From Azolla caroliniana (taxonomy: Eukaryota > Plantae > Polypodiophyta), in contig JBHGNT010000001.1 in assembly GCA_043228905.1 (NCBI GenBank), positions 2,976,001 through 3,040,000 on the forward strand: a DNA stretch of 64,000 nucleotides, given 5' to 3'. Below, piece after piece: positions 22,525-34,200 of the stretch. Below the pieces are notes generated by a model that made no database searches, was not told the origin of the DNA, and saw only the letters and a program-made list of their open reading frames with translations. The first letter of the stretch is position 1. Each line of letters begins with the position of its first letter. The translations under genes and the position numbers were made by a program.

Positions 22525-25140
22525 CCGTATTCGAATCGGTGGTTTACGGTGCCGAAGAAGAACGGCACGTTGTGCTTCATTCAGGACCTGCAACCGGTCA
22601 ACAAGGTGACCATCCGTAATGTAGGAATCGGACCGACCATAGACGAGTTCGCGGAGGCCTTCGCTGGAAGGTCGATCTATTCTGTCGGTGATCTGTACTC
22701 GGGGTACGATCAGTTCCAACTAGCCGTGGAGAGCAGAGACATTACGACGATGCGGACTCCTCTCGGCCTAGTGCGGATGTGTACCCTGCCACAAGGAGGG
22801 ACGAACTCAGTGGCTCACATGGTGAACGCAATGAACAAAGTGCTCAGGAATTGTATCCCAGACATCACCATGTCATTCTTAGATGACATCCCGATCAGGG
22901 GATGCCCGGTGGAGAAAAAGGACGAGGCAATCGGGTCGGACGGATGTCGGAATTTCGTGGCGTCCCACATCGATGACTGCGAGAAGGTGATGTAGAGACT
23001 AGAAGGCGTGAGGCTCACCTTCTCCGGGGAAAAGTCGGCCTTCGGGCAATCAGAGATCATGGTCGTCGGGCACCTATGCGGACCATACGGTCGGAAACCG
23101 TCTCCAGCCAAGGTGGAAGCCATCTCCGCAATGAAGCATGACTCCAATTCGGTCACGAAGGTCCAAAGATTCTTGGGAGCATACGCGTTCTACCACATCT
23201 GGATCCCGCACTACGCACATGTCACGGAACCCCTCTACGGACTATTGAAAAAGGGGCGTAGCTTTGAGTGGAGGACGGAGCACACGGAGTTGGTACGGAG
23301 ACTAAAGGAGGCGCTTACGGTAGCGTCGGCTCTCCGTAATGCGGTTTACGGCAAGGATGTTCCCATCTGCGTGACGGTGGACACCAGCCCGACCGGGATC
23401 GGGTGGGTAATCAGTCAGGAGGACAAGGACGGTGTACGATTCCCGATTCGGTTCGGGGCGAAGGTATTGAGCGAGCGGCAGCGAGGATACGCCCAAGTTA
23501 AGCGCGAACTTTGGGGTGTCGTTTCGGCAGTCAAGGCCGACAAGGATTATCTGATCGGGATGGAGGTGATCATCGAGACGGACTGCCTGCCGATACTTGG
23601 CATGGTTTCTGGATGCGCGACGCCGGACCTAGCAATGCTCCGGAGGATAGCGTACATTAAGTCCCTGAACCCGGAGATACGGCACATCTCCGGAAAGGAC
23701 AACGCCATGGCTGACATGCTTTCGAGGGCAAGGTTCAACGACGAAGACGGCATGGTTTCAGATGACGAAGAAGTCGGCGAGGACTTCTTCGGGTCGGCTA
23801 ACGTAACGACGAGGAAAGGGAACACTCTGGCGCTTAACAAATTTGACGAAAGCAGGTACGACGGGGAGTGGCTCCAAATCGGGAGGTTCCTACAAACGAT
23901 GACGTCGGACACAGCATGGGCGAGAGAGGATGTGAGCCGGGTACGGAAGAAGGCATACCGATTCTTCCTGCGGGACGGGTGCATATGGAGGCACCCAAAG
24001 AAGAGAAGCGGCATCCCACTCCGAGTAGTGGCAAAGAAAGAAGAACAGGGGAAACTACTCGCGGCATTTCACGAGAGCCCCTAGGCCGGACACCGCGGAA
24101 CGTGGGCCACGTTCAAGAAGCTGAAGGAGAAGTACTGGTGGCCGGGGCTGTACCAAGACGTGCATCAGTTCGTAACGACTTGCGAAAGCTGTCAGATGCA
24201 CTCCGTAGTCTGACACCGAGACGAGCTACACCCGACCTACCTGCCTATGGTCCATTTCAAGCGGATGGTGGACTTGGTGACGATGCCGATGGGGGTAAGA
24301 CAAATGCGATACCTGGTGATTGCACGGGAAGACTTAACGAACCAGGTGGAAGGTCGTGCACTACAAAGCAAGACAACCACGGCAGTATGCTAATTCCTGA
24401 TCGAAGAAGTAGTGTGTCGGTATGGGTGCGTCGGGAGGATCGTGGCGGACCGAGGAGAGCTGGATGCGCGGGAGGCTGAGGAGCTATTCGACCGGCTAGG
24501 CGTCAAACTCTCCCTCACTACGGCGTACAATCCGGAAGCAAACGTAAAAGGTGGAACGTGGGCACGGGCCGATCGTAAAGGCGTTGGTGCGTGCATGCGG
24601 AGGGCAGGTCGGGAATTGGCCGCAGCTCCTTCCTTACGCACTATGGGCGGACCGAACTACGCACAGTTCGGCGACAGGGTTTATGCCGGTAGAGCTGATG
24701 TACGGACAGAAGCCGATCATGCCGGTGGAACAGACGGTTTCTTCATGGGCGCCGGTAGATTCGAAGGACGAGATGAGCTGGGAGGAGTTGCTGGCGGCGC
24801 GGATTCGGCAACTCGAGCGGAGGCCAGAGGACGTGATACAGGCAAAGGAAAAGTTGCGAGCGGCAAGGGAGCGGAACAAGACCCAGTTCAACCGGACGCA
24901 CCAGTTGCGACCAAAGAAGATCGAGGAAGGCGACTGGGTCTTGGTATACGACAGCAACCTCGACAATTAGCACAAGGCGGTGCGAAAGTTCGCTAGGAGA
25001 TGGTTCGGGCCCTACACGGTGACGAGCGCGAACAACAACAGCACACATACCACCTCGCTGAACTCGACGGTACACGGTTAGCAGTGCCGGTGGCTGGGAA
25101 GTGGATCAAAGAGTTCAAGAAGCGGTTCGAAGACGAGCCG
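22525..25140 (+). pseudogene. Pol of B, part 2 (RT, RNase H, integrase)
   Basis: WFTVPKKNG..FIQDLQPVN, DLYSGYDQ, LPQGGTNS, FLDD, VDTSPTGIGW, ETDCLP, NAMADMLSR, IVADRGE, TTAYNPEAN, RWFGPY; several stops; no chromodomain seen. Confidence 0.92.
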
Positions 25141-25278
25141 GAGCCGGCGAGCGAGAGTAACGACGACGATCAATTCGGGTCCAGTGGAGAATCAGAGAAC
25201 GACGAGTGAAGCCGGTTTTCTTCGGTGTCTACCCGTCTCTAGCGCATGCCGATGGATGCGCGGTTTGGTGGGGGTGGA

Positions 25279-25437
25279 TGTCGTAAAGAAAACCGGCCAT
25301 AGGCGGAATCAAAGAAAAAGGCGCATGAATCGGCTCTTACACGGGTGGACGCGAGGATTGATATATTGTACATAATTCGTAATTAGGGCGACTGGTGTAA
25401 ATACTAGGTAGCACATTTATTAGGGGATTTTGTGCGT
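25279..25437 (+). repeat. 3' LTR of B, left piece
   Basis: Matches 14253-14411; interrupted by E. Confidence 0.92.
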
Positions 25438-26131
25438 TGTCGCGTTGTTACACACTGTCGTGAAGAAAACCGTCCACAAGCGGAATCGGTGCACCGGAGC
25501 GTAGGAACCGGCTCTTCATGCACGTGCGCCTTCTGTTGTACATAGGAGATCCTACGTAGGCAGATTCGGTAGGTAGGAAGTAAAGGGGAAATGGCTCCTT
25601 CCTTGCCTATAAAAGGAGGGAGACGAGGAGGGGCGAAGGGATCACGGAGAGTCGAGGACGAAGTGCTGTCGGTTTGTGTGCGAAGGCTTCTCTCTCTCTC
25701 TGGTTCGCAAACTCCATAGCTTCCTTCTGTGCAGGTTTCGGGAGGCTCGCGCTGCTCTGAGGAATGCCCAAGTGCTTCCGGCAGCACCTCCAACCTACTC
25801 CTTCCTTTCGGCAGCAATGAAGACCCGAATGATGAAGACCCGGTTTTCGGATCCGGATGATGAAGACCCCGGCTACGGAGCCGGATGATGAAGACCCGGT
25901 TTCGGATCCGGATGATGAAGACCCCGGCTACGGAGCCGGATGACGAATGTACCCGGAGAGAGATCCGGATGCAGGGACATATTTGTGAATATGTTTGCCA
26001 AGGGCCCTCGAGGCTATATTTGTAAATAGCCCGAAAGTCATATGTGTATAAATATGACTTAGGGCAAACAGTTTGTGTGTTGTTGCTCATTTTTCTGTTT
26101 TCCACTTAGAGGGAGCGAAGTGAGAGCAGCC

Positions 26132-26163
<32 letters not shown>

Positions 26164-26433
26164 GAGGTCGACGCCTCTGTGTAATACCGCCGCCTGTGGC
26201 GAGGACAGCGAGCTCAAGGTCGTCGCCTTGCAGCTCGCCATTGTACATTCCCTGCGGATAGTGATAGTTGGAGTCTTGCACTCCCGTGGTTTTTCCCGTC
26301 TAGGGTTTTCCACGCTAAACCCTGTGCATTCGAGTCTCTCTCTGTGTTTTGATTTACTTCTGCATTGATTCGTGTTTCCTCGGTTGTGGCCGAGAGGTGA
26401 AAGTTTTTTGGAAGCGTCCCATTCCTAACAATC

Positions 26434-26445
26434 TGGTATCAGAGC
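26434..26445 (+). promoter_or_regulatory. Primer binding site, initiator tRNA-Met
   Basis: TGGTATCAGAGC, 3 nt after the LTR end. Confidence 0.95.
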
Positions 26446-26461
26446 GATTGCAGTGCAGAAA

Positions 26462-29400
26462 ATGGAAGGCGGCAGCAGCGGGCAGCCGGGGATGATGGTG
26501 CTGAATGCGCAGAACTACGCCGACTGGAAGATAAAGATGGAGGATCTGCTCATTGTTCGGGACCTGTATGAACCGATCGACAAGTCGGAAATACCCAAGG
26601 GGGTACTTGAGACGGAATGGAGGCTTCTGAACCGGAAAGCCGTTGCAACCATTCGGCAATACGTCGACGTGAGCGTTCTACAACATGTGGCGAACGACAC
26701 CAACGCATATGAGATGTGGCAGAAGCTGTGGGGCCTCAACGAGAGGAAGAATGCGTTGAACCGGACCTCCCTGATGAGGAAGATAGTGAACCTCAAGTAC
26801 CGGGACGGCGAGAGTATGGTGGAACACGTAAGCACGTTCATGGGATTCGTGAACCAGCTTGCGGCGATCAAGTTCCCGTTGGAGGATGCAATGCAAGCCA
26901 TCATGCTAATGTGTACATTGCCGGAAAGCTGGGAGAACTTGGTGGTGACTCTCAGCACCTCCTGCACCGAAGATAACTTGTCCTTACAAACGGTAAAGAC
27001 AAGCATTTTGAACGAAGAAGCGCGTCGGAGAGATAAAGAACCGGCCTCCGATCCGAAGATGCTGCTTACCGAATCGGATCGGGGAAGACAACGGAACCGG
27101 AGTCCGCAAAGACGGGAGAAGTCGGGGACCCGGTCGCAGTCAAGAGGAAGGCCCACATGCTTCCACTGTGGGAAGTCGGGGCACTTCCGAAAGAATTGTC
27201 AGCATTACCGAAAAGACAACGGAGCCGACGACACCGATTCGAAGAAGTCTTCGGAACGGAACGGTGCTTACCGGGGAGCCACGGACCGGAATGGTTCGGA
27301 TCGGCGAGGGCAGGACCGGAAAGGAACGACGGCACTCACGGCAAGTGAAGAGGAGATCATGCTCATCACCGAAGAAGGTGAACTAAACATTGTCGGCGAT
27401 GAGACTACCTGGGTGGTCGATTCCGGAGCGTCGTTCCACCTGACCCCGGAAAGAAGATACTTCTCATCCTATACAGCCGGTGAGCATGGCTGCGTTCGGA
27501 TGGGAAATGAAGGTACGTGCCGGATTGCCGGCATAGGAGACGTGTGGTTGACAACCTCGACCGGATGCAAAATGTTGCTGAAGGATGTCCGACACGTTCC
27601 GGAGGTTCGATTGAACCTGATTTCGGCCGGGAGGCTAGACGATGAAGGCTACACAGGTAGCATCCGGAACTGCGTAATGAAGTTCAACAAGGGGAGCCTG
27701 ATAGTGGCTCGGGCCCGGAAAGTCAACACACTGTACCTTATGAATGCCTGGTTGTGTCCGGAGGAGTTGAACGTGGCAGTCGATACTGCCGGTGAGCTCT
27801 GGCATAAGAGACTGTGCCACATGAGTGAGAAGGGGATGAAGAGGCTTGCAGAAGACAACCTTATTCCAGTGAAGCATGTGCACCTGGAGAAGTGCACCGA
27901 TTGCCTGGCCGGTAAGCAGAACCGAACCTCCTTCCACTCAAGGCCACCGACGAGACGTAGCGCACCATTGGAGTTGGTGCACACTGACGTGTGTCAAGTA
28001 GAAACGAAGTCACATGGCGGAGCCCAGTACTTCGTGACATTCATTGATGACCACAGCCGGAAGCTGTGGACGGCACCGTTGAAGAAAAAGGACCAAGTGT
28101 TGTGCGTTTTCAAAGAACTCCACGCGAGAGTGGAAAGGGAATCCGGCAAGAAGCTGAAAGCGATACGAGCGGATAACGGAGGGGAATATCGGGGGCAGTT
28201 CGAGGAGTACTGTCGCTCAAAGGGAATCCGGCTCGAGTTTACTGTGTCGAAGACGCCGGAACTGAACGGGCTGGCCGAGAGGATGAACCGGACCATAATG
28301 GAGAGGGTCCGGAGTATGCTGGCGCATGCGAAATTACCCAAGGGGTTTTGGGCTGAGGCAATGTCGACGGCGACATACGTGATAAACATATCACCCTCAG
28401 TACCTTTGGACGGAGACACGCCGCAGAGAGTGTGGACCGGCAGGGAAGTATCCTACCGGCATCTGAAGGTGTTCGGGTGTCTCGCATATGTGCATGTGGC
28501 AAAGGACCGGAGAGGAAAGCTAGATCCAAAGACCCGGCCATGCATATTCCTCGGTTACGGCAATGACGAGTTCGGCTACCGAGTATGGGACCCGGTCGAC
28601 GAAAAGATATTCCGGAGTCGTGATATCATCTTCATGGAGGACAAGACACTCGCCGACTGGGAGTCGGAGAAGAAGATGAAGAGCTCCAAGTCGACCGGTG
28701 AGGATCAACTCTACGAGGAGCAGTCCCGACCGGCAAGGGACCGGTTAGCACTCGAGGATCCGGCCGAAGACGGTGAAGAAACAGAACCGGCTGAGGAAGA
28801 TGAAACTGATACCGGAACCGGCCCCGATCCCGAAATGGATTCGGATGAAGAGGAAACGGAGGAGCCGGTTACCGAAGCTCCGGAACGGAGATATCCTCTA
28901 AGAGAGAGAAGGGCCCCCCGGAGATTTCCGGAACCAGAGCACGTGCTGCTAACCGACGAGGGGAAGCCGGAGAGTTTTGAAGAAGCAAAGCTTGACACCC
29001 ATAGCCGCAGGTGGTTAAGTGCCATGCAGGAGGAGATGGATTCCTTGCATGAGAACCACACATATGAACTTGTGGAGTTGCCGAAAGGAAAGCGGGCACT
29101 TCGAAACAAGTGGGTGTTCAAGCTGAAACCGGGAGATGCCGGAAACCCCCCGAGATACAAAGCCAGGATCGTGGTGAAGGGGTTCCAGCAGAGGAAGGGC
29201 GTCGACTTCGACGAGATATTTGCCCCGGTAGTGAAGATGACCTCCATCCGGACGGTGCTGAGCATAGCGGCAAGCATGGACCTCGAGGTAGAACAGATGG
29301 ACGTGAAGACGGCATTCCTTCACGGTGACCTCGAAGAAGAGATCTACATGCAGCAACCGGAAGGATTCGAGAAGAAAGGAAAGGAGCACCTGGTATGCCG

Positions 29401-30535
29401 GTTGAAGAAGAGCCTTTACGGACTGAAGCAGGCTCCCCGGCAATGGTACCAGAAGTTCGACTCTTTCATGACCGACGAAGGGTACCACAAAACGCAATCC
29501 GATCACTGCGTGTTTGTGAAGAAGTTCGAAGGAGGAGACTTTCTAATACTCCTCCTGTACGTGGACGACATGTTGATCGTCGGACGGGACCAGGTCAAGA
29601 TACGGATGCTGAAGAAAGCGCTTCACCGAACCTTCTCAATGAAGGACCTGGGTCCAGCGAGGCAAATACTAGGGATGCACATCATCCGGGACCGGAAGAA
29701 GAAGCAGTTGTGGCTGTCACAGGAGAAGTACGTGACAAAGGTGCTTCACCGGTTCAACATGTCGGAAGCAAGACCGGTCGGGTCAACCCTCCCGGCAAAC
29801 TGCAGGTTGTCCAGCAAGCAAAGCCCCAAGACAAAGGTTGAGAAGGAGGACATGATGAAAGTACCATATGCCTCTGCCGTCGGAAGCTTGATGTACGCAA
29901 TGGTGTGTACAAGACCGGACATAGGATATGCAGTCGGAGTGGTGAGCCGGTACATGAGCAATCCCGGCAAAGAGCACTGGAACGCGGCCAAGTGGATACT
30001 CCGATACCTGAAGGGCACGGCAAACGTGTGCCTCCGATTCGGCTCCGGTAAGCCCGAACTCGACGGCTTTACCGATTCGGATATGTCGGCTGATGCAGAT
30101 ACCAGCCGGTCCACATCAGGGTATGTGATGACGTATGCAGGGGGAGCTGTTTCGTGGCAGTCGAGGCTGCAGAAGACGGTTGCGTTGTCGACCACGGAGG
30201 CGGAGTACATGGCGGCTGTTGAAGCCGGCAAGGAAATAATATGGATGAAGGACTTCATTAGAGAGCTCGGTATCCGGCAGGAGGAGTACCGACTCTACTG
30301 CGACAGTCAAAGTGCCATCCACCTTGCGAAGAACGCGGCCTATCACTCACGGACGAAGCACATCCAGCGAAGATATCACTGGATCCGGGAAAGGATAGAA
30401 GACCAGGAGTTTGTGCTGACGAAGATCCACACGGACGAGAATGGGTCAGATATGTTGACCAAAGTGCTCACACCCGACAAGCTGGAAGCGTGCCGGAAGA
30501 GGGTCGGACTGGAAAGACATCCCATGCCGAAGTGA
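26462..30535 (+). CDS. Copia Gag-Pol polyprotein (1357 aa from the first ATG)
   Basis: NYADWKIKM, CFHCGKSGHFRKNC, WVVDSGAS, integrase HHCC and D-D-E, YVDD and RNase H; no stops; the ORF-track start at 26453 is a GTG. Confidence 0.96.
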   Translation: MEGGSSGQPGMMVLNAQNYADWKIKMEDLLIVRDLYEPIDKSEIPKGVLETEWRLLNRKAVATIRQYVDVSVLQHVANDTNAYEMWQKLWGLNERKNALNRTSLMRKIVNLKYRDGESMVEHVSTFMGFVNQLAAIKFPLEDAMQAIMLMCTLPESWENLVVTLSTSCTEDNLSLQTVKTSILNEEARRRDKEPASDPKMLLTESDRGRQRNRSPQRREKSGTRSQSRGRPTCFHCGKSGHFRKNCQHYRKDNGADDTDSKKSSERNGAYRGATDRNGSDRRGQDRKGTTALTASEEEIMLITEEGELNIVGDETTWVVDSGASFHLTPERRYFSSYTAGEHGCVRMGNEGTCRIAGIGDVWLTTSTGCKMLLKDVRHVPEVRLNLISAGRLDDEGYTGSIRNCVMKFNKGSLIVARARKVNTLYLMNAWLCPEELNVAVDTAGELWHKRLCHMSEKGMKRLAEDNLIPVKHVHLEKCTDCLAGKQNRTSFHSRPPTRRSAPLELVHTDVCQVETKSHGGAQYFVTFIDDHSRKLWTAPLKKKDQVLCVFKELHARVERESGKKLKAIRADNGGEYRGQFEEYCRSKGIRLEFTVSKTPELNGLAERMNRTIMERVRSMLAHAKLPKGFWAEAMSTATYVINISPSVPLDGDTPQRVWTGREVSYRHLKVFGCLAYVHVAKDRRGKLDPKTRPCIFLGYGNDEFGYRVWDPVDEKIFRSRDIIFMEDKTLADWESEKKMKSSKSTGEDQLYEEQSRPARDRLALEDPAEDGEETEPAEEDETDTGTGPDPEMDSDEEETEEPVTEAPERRYPLRERRAPRRFPEPEHVLLTDEGKPESFEEAKLDTHSRRWLSAMQEEMDSLHENHTYELVELPKGKRALRNKWVFKLKPGDAGNPPRYKARIVVKGFQQRKGVDFDEIFAPVVKMTSIRTVLSIAASMDLEVEQMDVKTAFLHGDLEEEIYMQQPEGFEKKGKEHLVCRLKKSLYGLKQAPRQWYQKFDSFMTDEGYHKTQSDHCVFVKKFEGGDFLILLLYVDDMLIVGRDQVKIRMLKKALHRTFSMKDLGPARQILGMHIIRDRKKKQLWLSQEKYVTKVLHRFNMSEARPVGSTLPANCRLSSKQSPKTKVEKEDMMKVPYASAVGSLMYAMVCTRPDIGYAVGVVSRYMSNPGKEHWNAAKWILRYLKGTANVCLRFGSGKPELDGFTDSDMSADADTSRSTSGYVMTYAGGAVSWQSRLQKTVALSTTEAEYMAAVEAGKEIIWMKDFIRELGIRQEEYRLYCDSQSAIHLAKNAAYHSRTKHIQRRYHWIRERIEDQEFVLTKIHTDENGSDMLTKVLTPDKLEACRKRVGLERHPMPK

Positions 30536-30545
30536 AGGGGGAGTT

Positions 30546-31206
30546 TGTTGGGATTACGGTCCCTCCGGATGGGATGGTCAGATGTCCGGGAATCGGGAAT
30601 GAAGACCCGAATGATGAAGACCCGGTTTTCGGATCCGGATGATGAAGACCCCGGCTACGGAGCCGGATGACGAAGACCCGGTTTCGGATCCGGATGATGA
30701 AGACCCCGGCTACGGAGCCGGATGACGAATGTACCCGGAGAGAGATCCGGATGCGGGGACATATTTGTGAATATGTTTGCCAAGGGCCCTCGAGGCTATA
30801 TTTGTAAATAGCCCGAAATTCATGTGTATAAATATGACTTAGGGCAAACAGTTTGTGTGTTGTTGCTCATTTTTCTGTTTTCCACTTAGAGGGAGCGAAG
30901 TGAGAGCAGCCGAGAGAGAGAGAGAGAGAGAGAAAGGAAGAGGTCGACGCCTCTGTGTAATACCACCGCCTGTGGCGAGGATAGCGAGCTCAAGGTCGTC
31001 GCCTTGCAGCTCGCCATTGTACATTCCCTGTGGATAGTGATAGTTGGAGTCTTGCACTCCCGTGGTTTTTCCCGTCTAGGGTTTTCCACGCTAAACCCTG
31101 TGCATTCGAGTCTCTCTCTGTGTTTTGATTTACTTCTGCATTGATTCGTGTTTCCTCGGTTGTGGCCGAGAGGTGAAAGTTTTTTGGAAGCGTCCCATTC
31201 CTAACA
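30546..31206 (+). repeat. 3' LTR of Copia copy 2 with a U3 array of 27-28 bp units
   Basis: TGTTG...TAACA; GA(T/C)GAAGACCC units at about 30600-30750. Confidence 0.95.
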
Positions 31207-34200
31207 ATGTTGTACATAGGAGATCCTAGGCAGGCAGATTCGGTAGGTAGGAAGTAAAGGGGAAACGGCTCCTTCCTTGCCTATAAAAGAAGGGAGACGA
31301 GGAGGGGCGAAGGGATCGCGGAGAGTCGAGGACGAAGTGCTGTCGGTTTGTGTGCGAAGGCTTCTCTCTCTCTCTGGTTCGCAAACTCCATAGCTTCCTT
31401 CTGTGCCGGTTTCGGGAGGCTCGCGCTGCTCTAAAGAATGCCCGAGTGCTTCCGGTAGCACCTCCAACCTACTCCTTCCTTTCTGTGCGTTTACGAACAG
31501 GTATCAGCATCTATTCGCCGGCCTGTTCGGTTGTAACCGACCTCGTGTTTTGTTGTTTGTCTTTGTTAATACATACATACATTCGTGTCTCTCTGTGTCG
31601 CTATCCCACTCGCGTCTTTGTGTCGAAGGGCCGTGTCCCTGTGAATCTACTCTCGCACGTAGTGGGTCTCTTCTCCTTTCTCTCTTGCTCTTAGGTACAG
31701 GACCCCCGAGGTCCCGCCTCATTCCACGCATCCGCGAGGAATACCTCAACAGCGCGTGCGTGGAGAAAGGCGGGACCACGGGGGTCTTGGACTAGGGAGT
31801 GACGGAGCGTAGGAAGTCGTACTTCACCGTTTCCGAGGCATCCTAGGAGCACACCGGAAGCAACCGAAGGGAGAGAGAGAAAGAGAGGGAGCGCGTGCTT
31901 GACACCGACTCGCACACACACACACACACACAGGCCGACCCGACTCACGCCCTTATGTACAGGAAACGCAAGAAAGAGGAAGCACCCGACACCAACAGAG
32001 ACACGAATATACACAGACAGACGCAAATGTATATATATAAAAGGAAGAATACATTCCCGGCTTCGAGCCGGACCAAGGTAGGTTACAGTAGTCGTCGGCT
32101 GCCAAGACGTCAGTCGGGGAGCTCACGGGCTTGTTGCGCCGAGCGGGGTCTTGCGCAAGAGACGAGCTGAAGCAAACCCTAAGCGAATACGAAGGGGGGA
32201 GAAGAAGAAGAAGAAGAAGAGTAACTAACCCTAAATCTAACGGTATACCCTCTAACGCAAAATGGGCAACCCTTTCACAAAGGCCGCTCCCTTCCTTTTA
32301 TAGAACAAGGAGAGGGATGTGTTACAATGTGGGATAAATCCCGACTTACATGGGATCGTCTGTCCCGACTTGACTACTCTTCGGCGCCATAAAGGCGCCC
32401 TCGTTATTCACACTAAATGTACAAGGGTGAGCACACACGCTACACCCCGCCGATGTAGCCAATGTTTCCCGGTTTCCGCCTCTGGCCGAAATTCTTCACG
32501 ACATCCGCCCCCACCTAACCGCACGTCCACAGTACGTGCCAAATCCGGTGAAGGGTCAGAGATTTCGGCCGTGAGAAATCGGTCTTCCGTGATCCGCATC
32601 CCGGCTTGCTACCGGTTTGCTCCGTCGGCTTCAATTCTTCCTTCGTGCTTACCTCCCCGTAGGCTCGTTCGACCCGTCGATCTCCGTAGTACGCGTACTT
32701 CCGTTGGCCCTTGTTCGGCCGTATGAACACCCGCTCCCCGCCATATGCCCGATGTCCTTCGCTGGAGGAAAGCCTGTAGTGGCCCGCTTGGCCTCCGTTG
32801 ATCATTCGTGTTGTCCTGATTGCCGCCCCATGCTGCTTCGCGTTGCCTTCGTCCTCTCGCCGCCACCTTCCTTCTCCATGCTCTTTACATCACCGCGTCG
32901 GCTCGAACCGCCATGGTCTCCGGAACGGTGTGGAGGATGCTTCATGGCCTTCTACGCGCTACCTCCGAACCGCGCAACCTATCTCCGCGCTCGCCTTTCC
33001 GCTCTGGCACCTCCGTGTGCCACATACCCTCGTCCGTTGTTTGGCACTACCTGTGCCGTACTCCGGTTCATTGCACGCCTTGTCGGCCCCTTTCCCGGCT
33101 AGATCGTGCATCGCCGCTCACCCACATACCAGTGTCCTCCGCATCCGAGGAACACCCCGTAGTAGCCCGCTTGGCCCTTCCCGTCTTCGTGTTGTTGCAA
33201 CAGGTCCCGAGTCTTCCGCTTGCCGTCGTCCCCTCGCCCCACCAGCTTGTCACCCTGGCTTGCCGTGTCAATCTTCGCTACTTCGACGGAGCTACCGAGA
33301 TCTACGAAGCGAGTGTGGAGGATCCTCCTCCGGCCTCTTTTGCCATCCCATGACTCCGACCCTGTGTAGTCCACTAGGCACTTGTCACCTCGTTCCTGGC
33401 ACCTCCCTTGTGTCGTCTTCCGCTTCCTTTCTTCGGCACCGCCCATGCCGAACACTGTCCCGTAGTCACGCTTCGATCCGGCCCGCGATGGCCACTTGCG
33501 AGACTCTTGTTCCGTCCCAGGTGTGCCTTTCCGGGCCAACACACCTCCTCGTGTTTGCCCCTACTGGCTCCTTTCGAAACTTCGTGTCGTCGGGTCTCGT
33601 TCCCTGCCGCCATCGTCCTTCTCCCTAGGTCTCACGTTACCACGTTGGCCGAACTACCGGAGTCTCCGGATCGGTGTGAGGGTCCCATAGGACCAGACTC
33701 CGTTTCTATGCTTGCCGAGATTCGAGTGTCTTTTGTTTGAGTCCCTCCCGGACTCTCCTCGTGTCTTCCGCATAGTCGGGTCCCGTTTCCCGCCGCCACC
33801 AACCTTCTCTCTCGGTCTCATGTTGCCACGTTGGCCGAACTGCCGGAGTCTCTAGTTAAGTGTGGGGATCCCGTAGGACTGAACTTCCATTCACCCACTA
33901 AACTTGCCAGAAGGTCTGATTCGGTTCGTAGCCGCCCTGCCGGCCTGATACCTTCTTTCTCTGCTTCCGTCGTCCGGTCACGTTCACCTGCCGCCACCGT
34001 CCCTTCCTATAGGACTCACGCCAGCTCTCGGGCTGACCGCCAGATCGGTGTGAGGATCTCCGTAGACCGCCCATCCGTGGCCCTTTTCCTTCATCACCTC
34101 GCCGCCACCGTCTGTATCTTGGTCTTACGTCGGCCGCGTTGCCGACTGCCGGAGTCTCTAGAACCGGTGTGAAGGATCCTCCTTGGGCCTCCGATTTGTC

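Larger units (their letters stand above)
25816..31206 (+). mobile_element. Ty1/Copia (Tnt1/Tork-like) copy 2 with intact ORF
   Basis: 5' LTR 25816-26430 (first ~50 bp missing), PBS, single ORF, PPT 30530-30543, 3' LTR 30546-31206; LTRs differ by about 6 substitutions plus small indels. Confidence 0.97.
25456..31751 (+). mobile_element. LTR-only remnant D (B family) carrying the intact Copia
   Basis: Starts TGTCGTGAAGA and ends CCTCAACA like the C/E LTRs; flanks ACAC/GCGC (CpG-decayed 4-bp TSD); pieces 25456-25809 and 31207-31751 overlap by about 275 bp. Confidence 0.8.

Noticed and set aside
25817-25970. Regularly spaced palindromic repeats resembling a CRISPR array
   Set aside because: No unique spacers and no cas genes; they are U3 repeats present in both LTRs of a eukaryotic retrotransposon.
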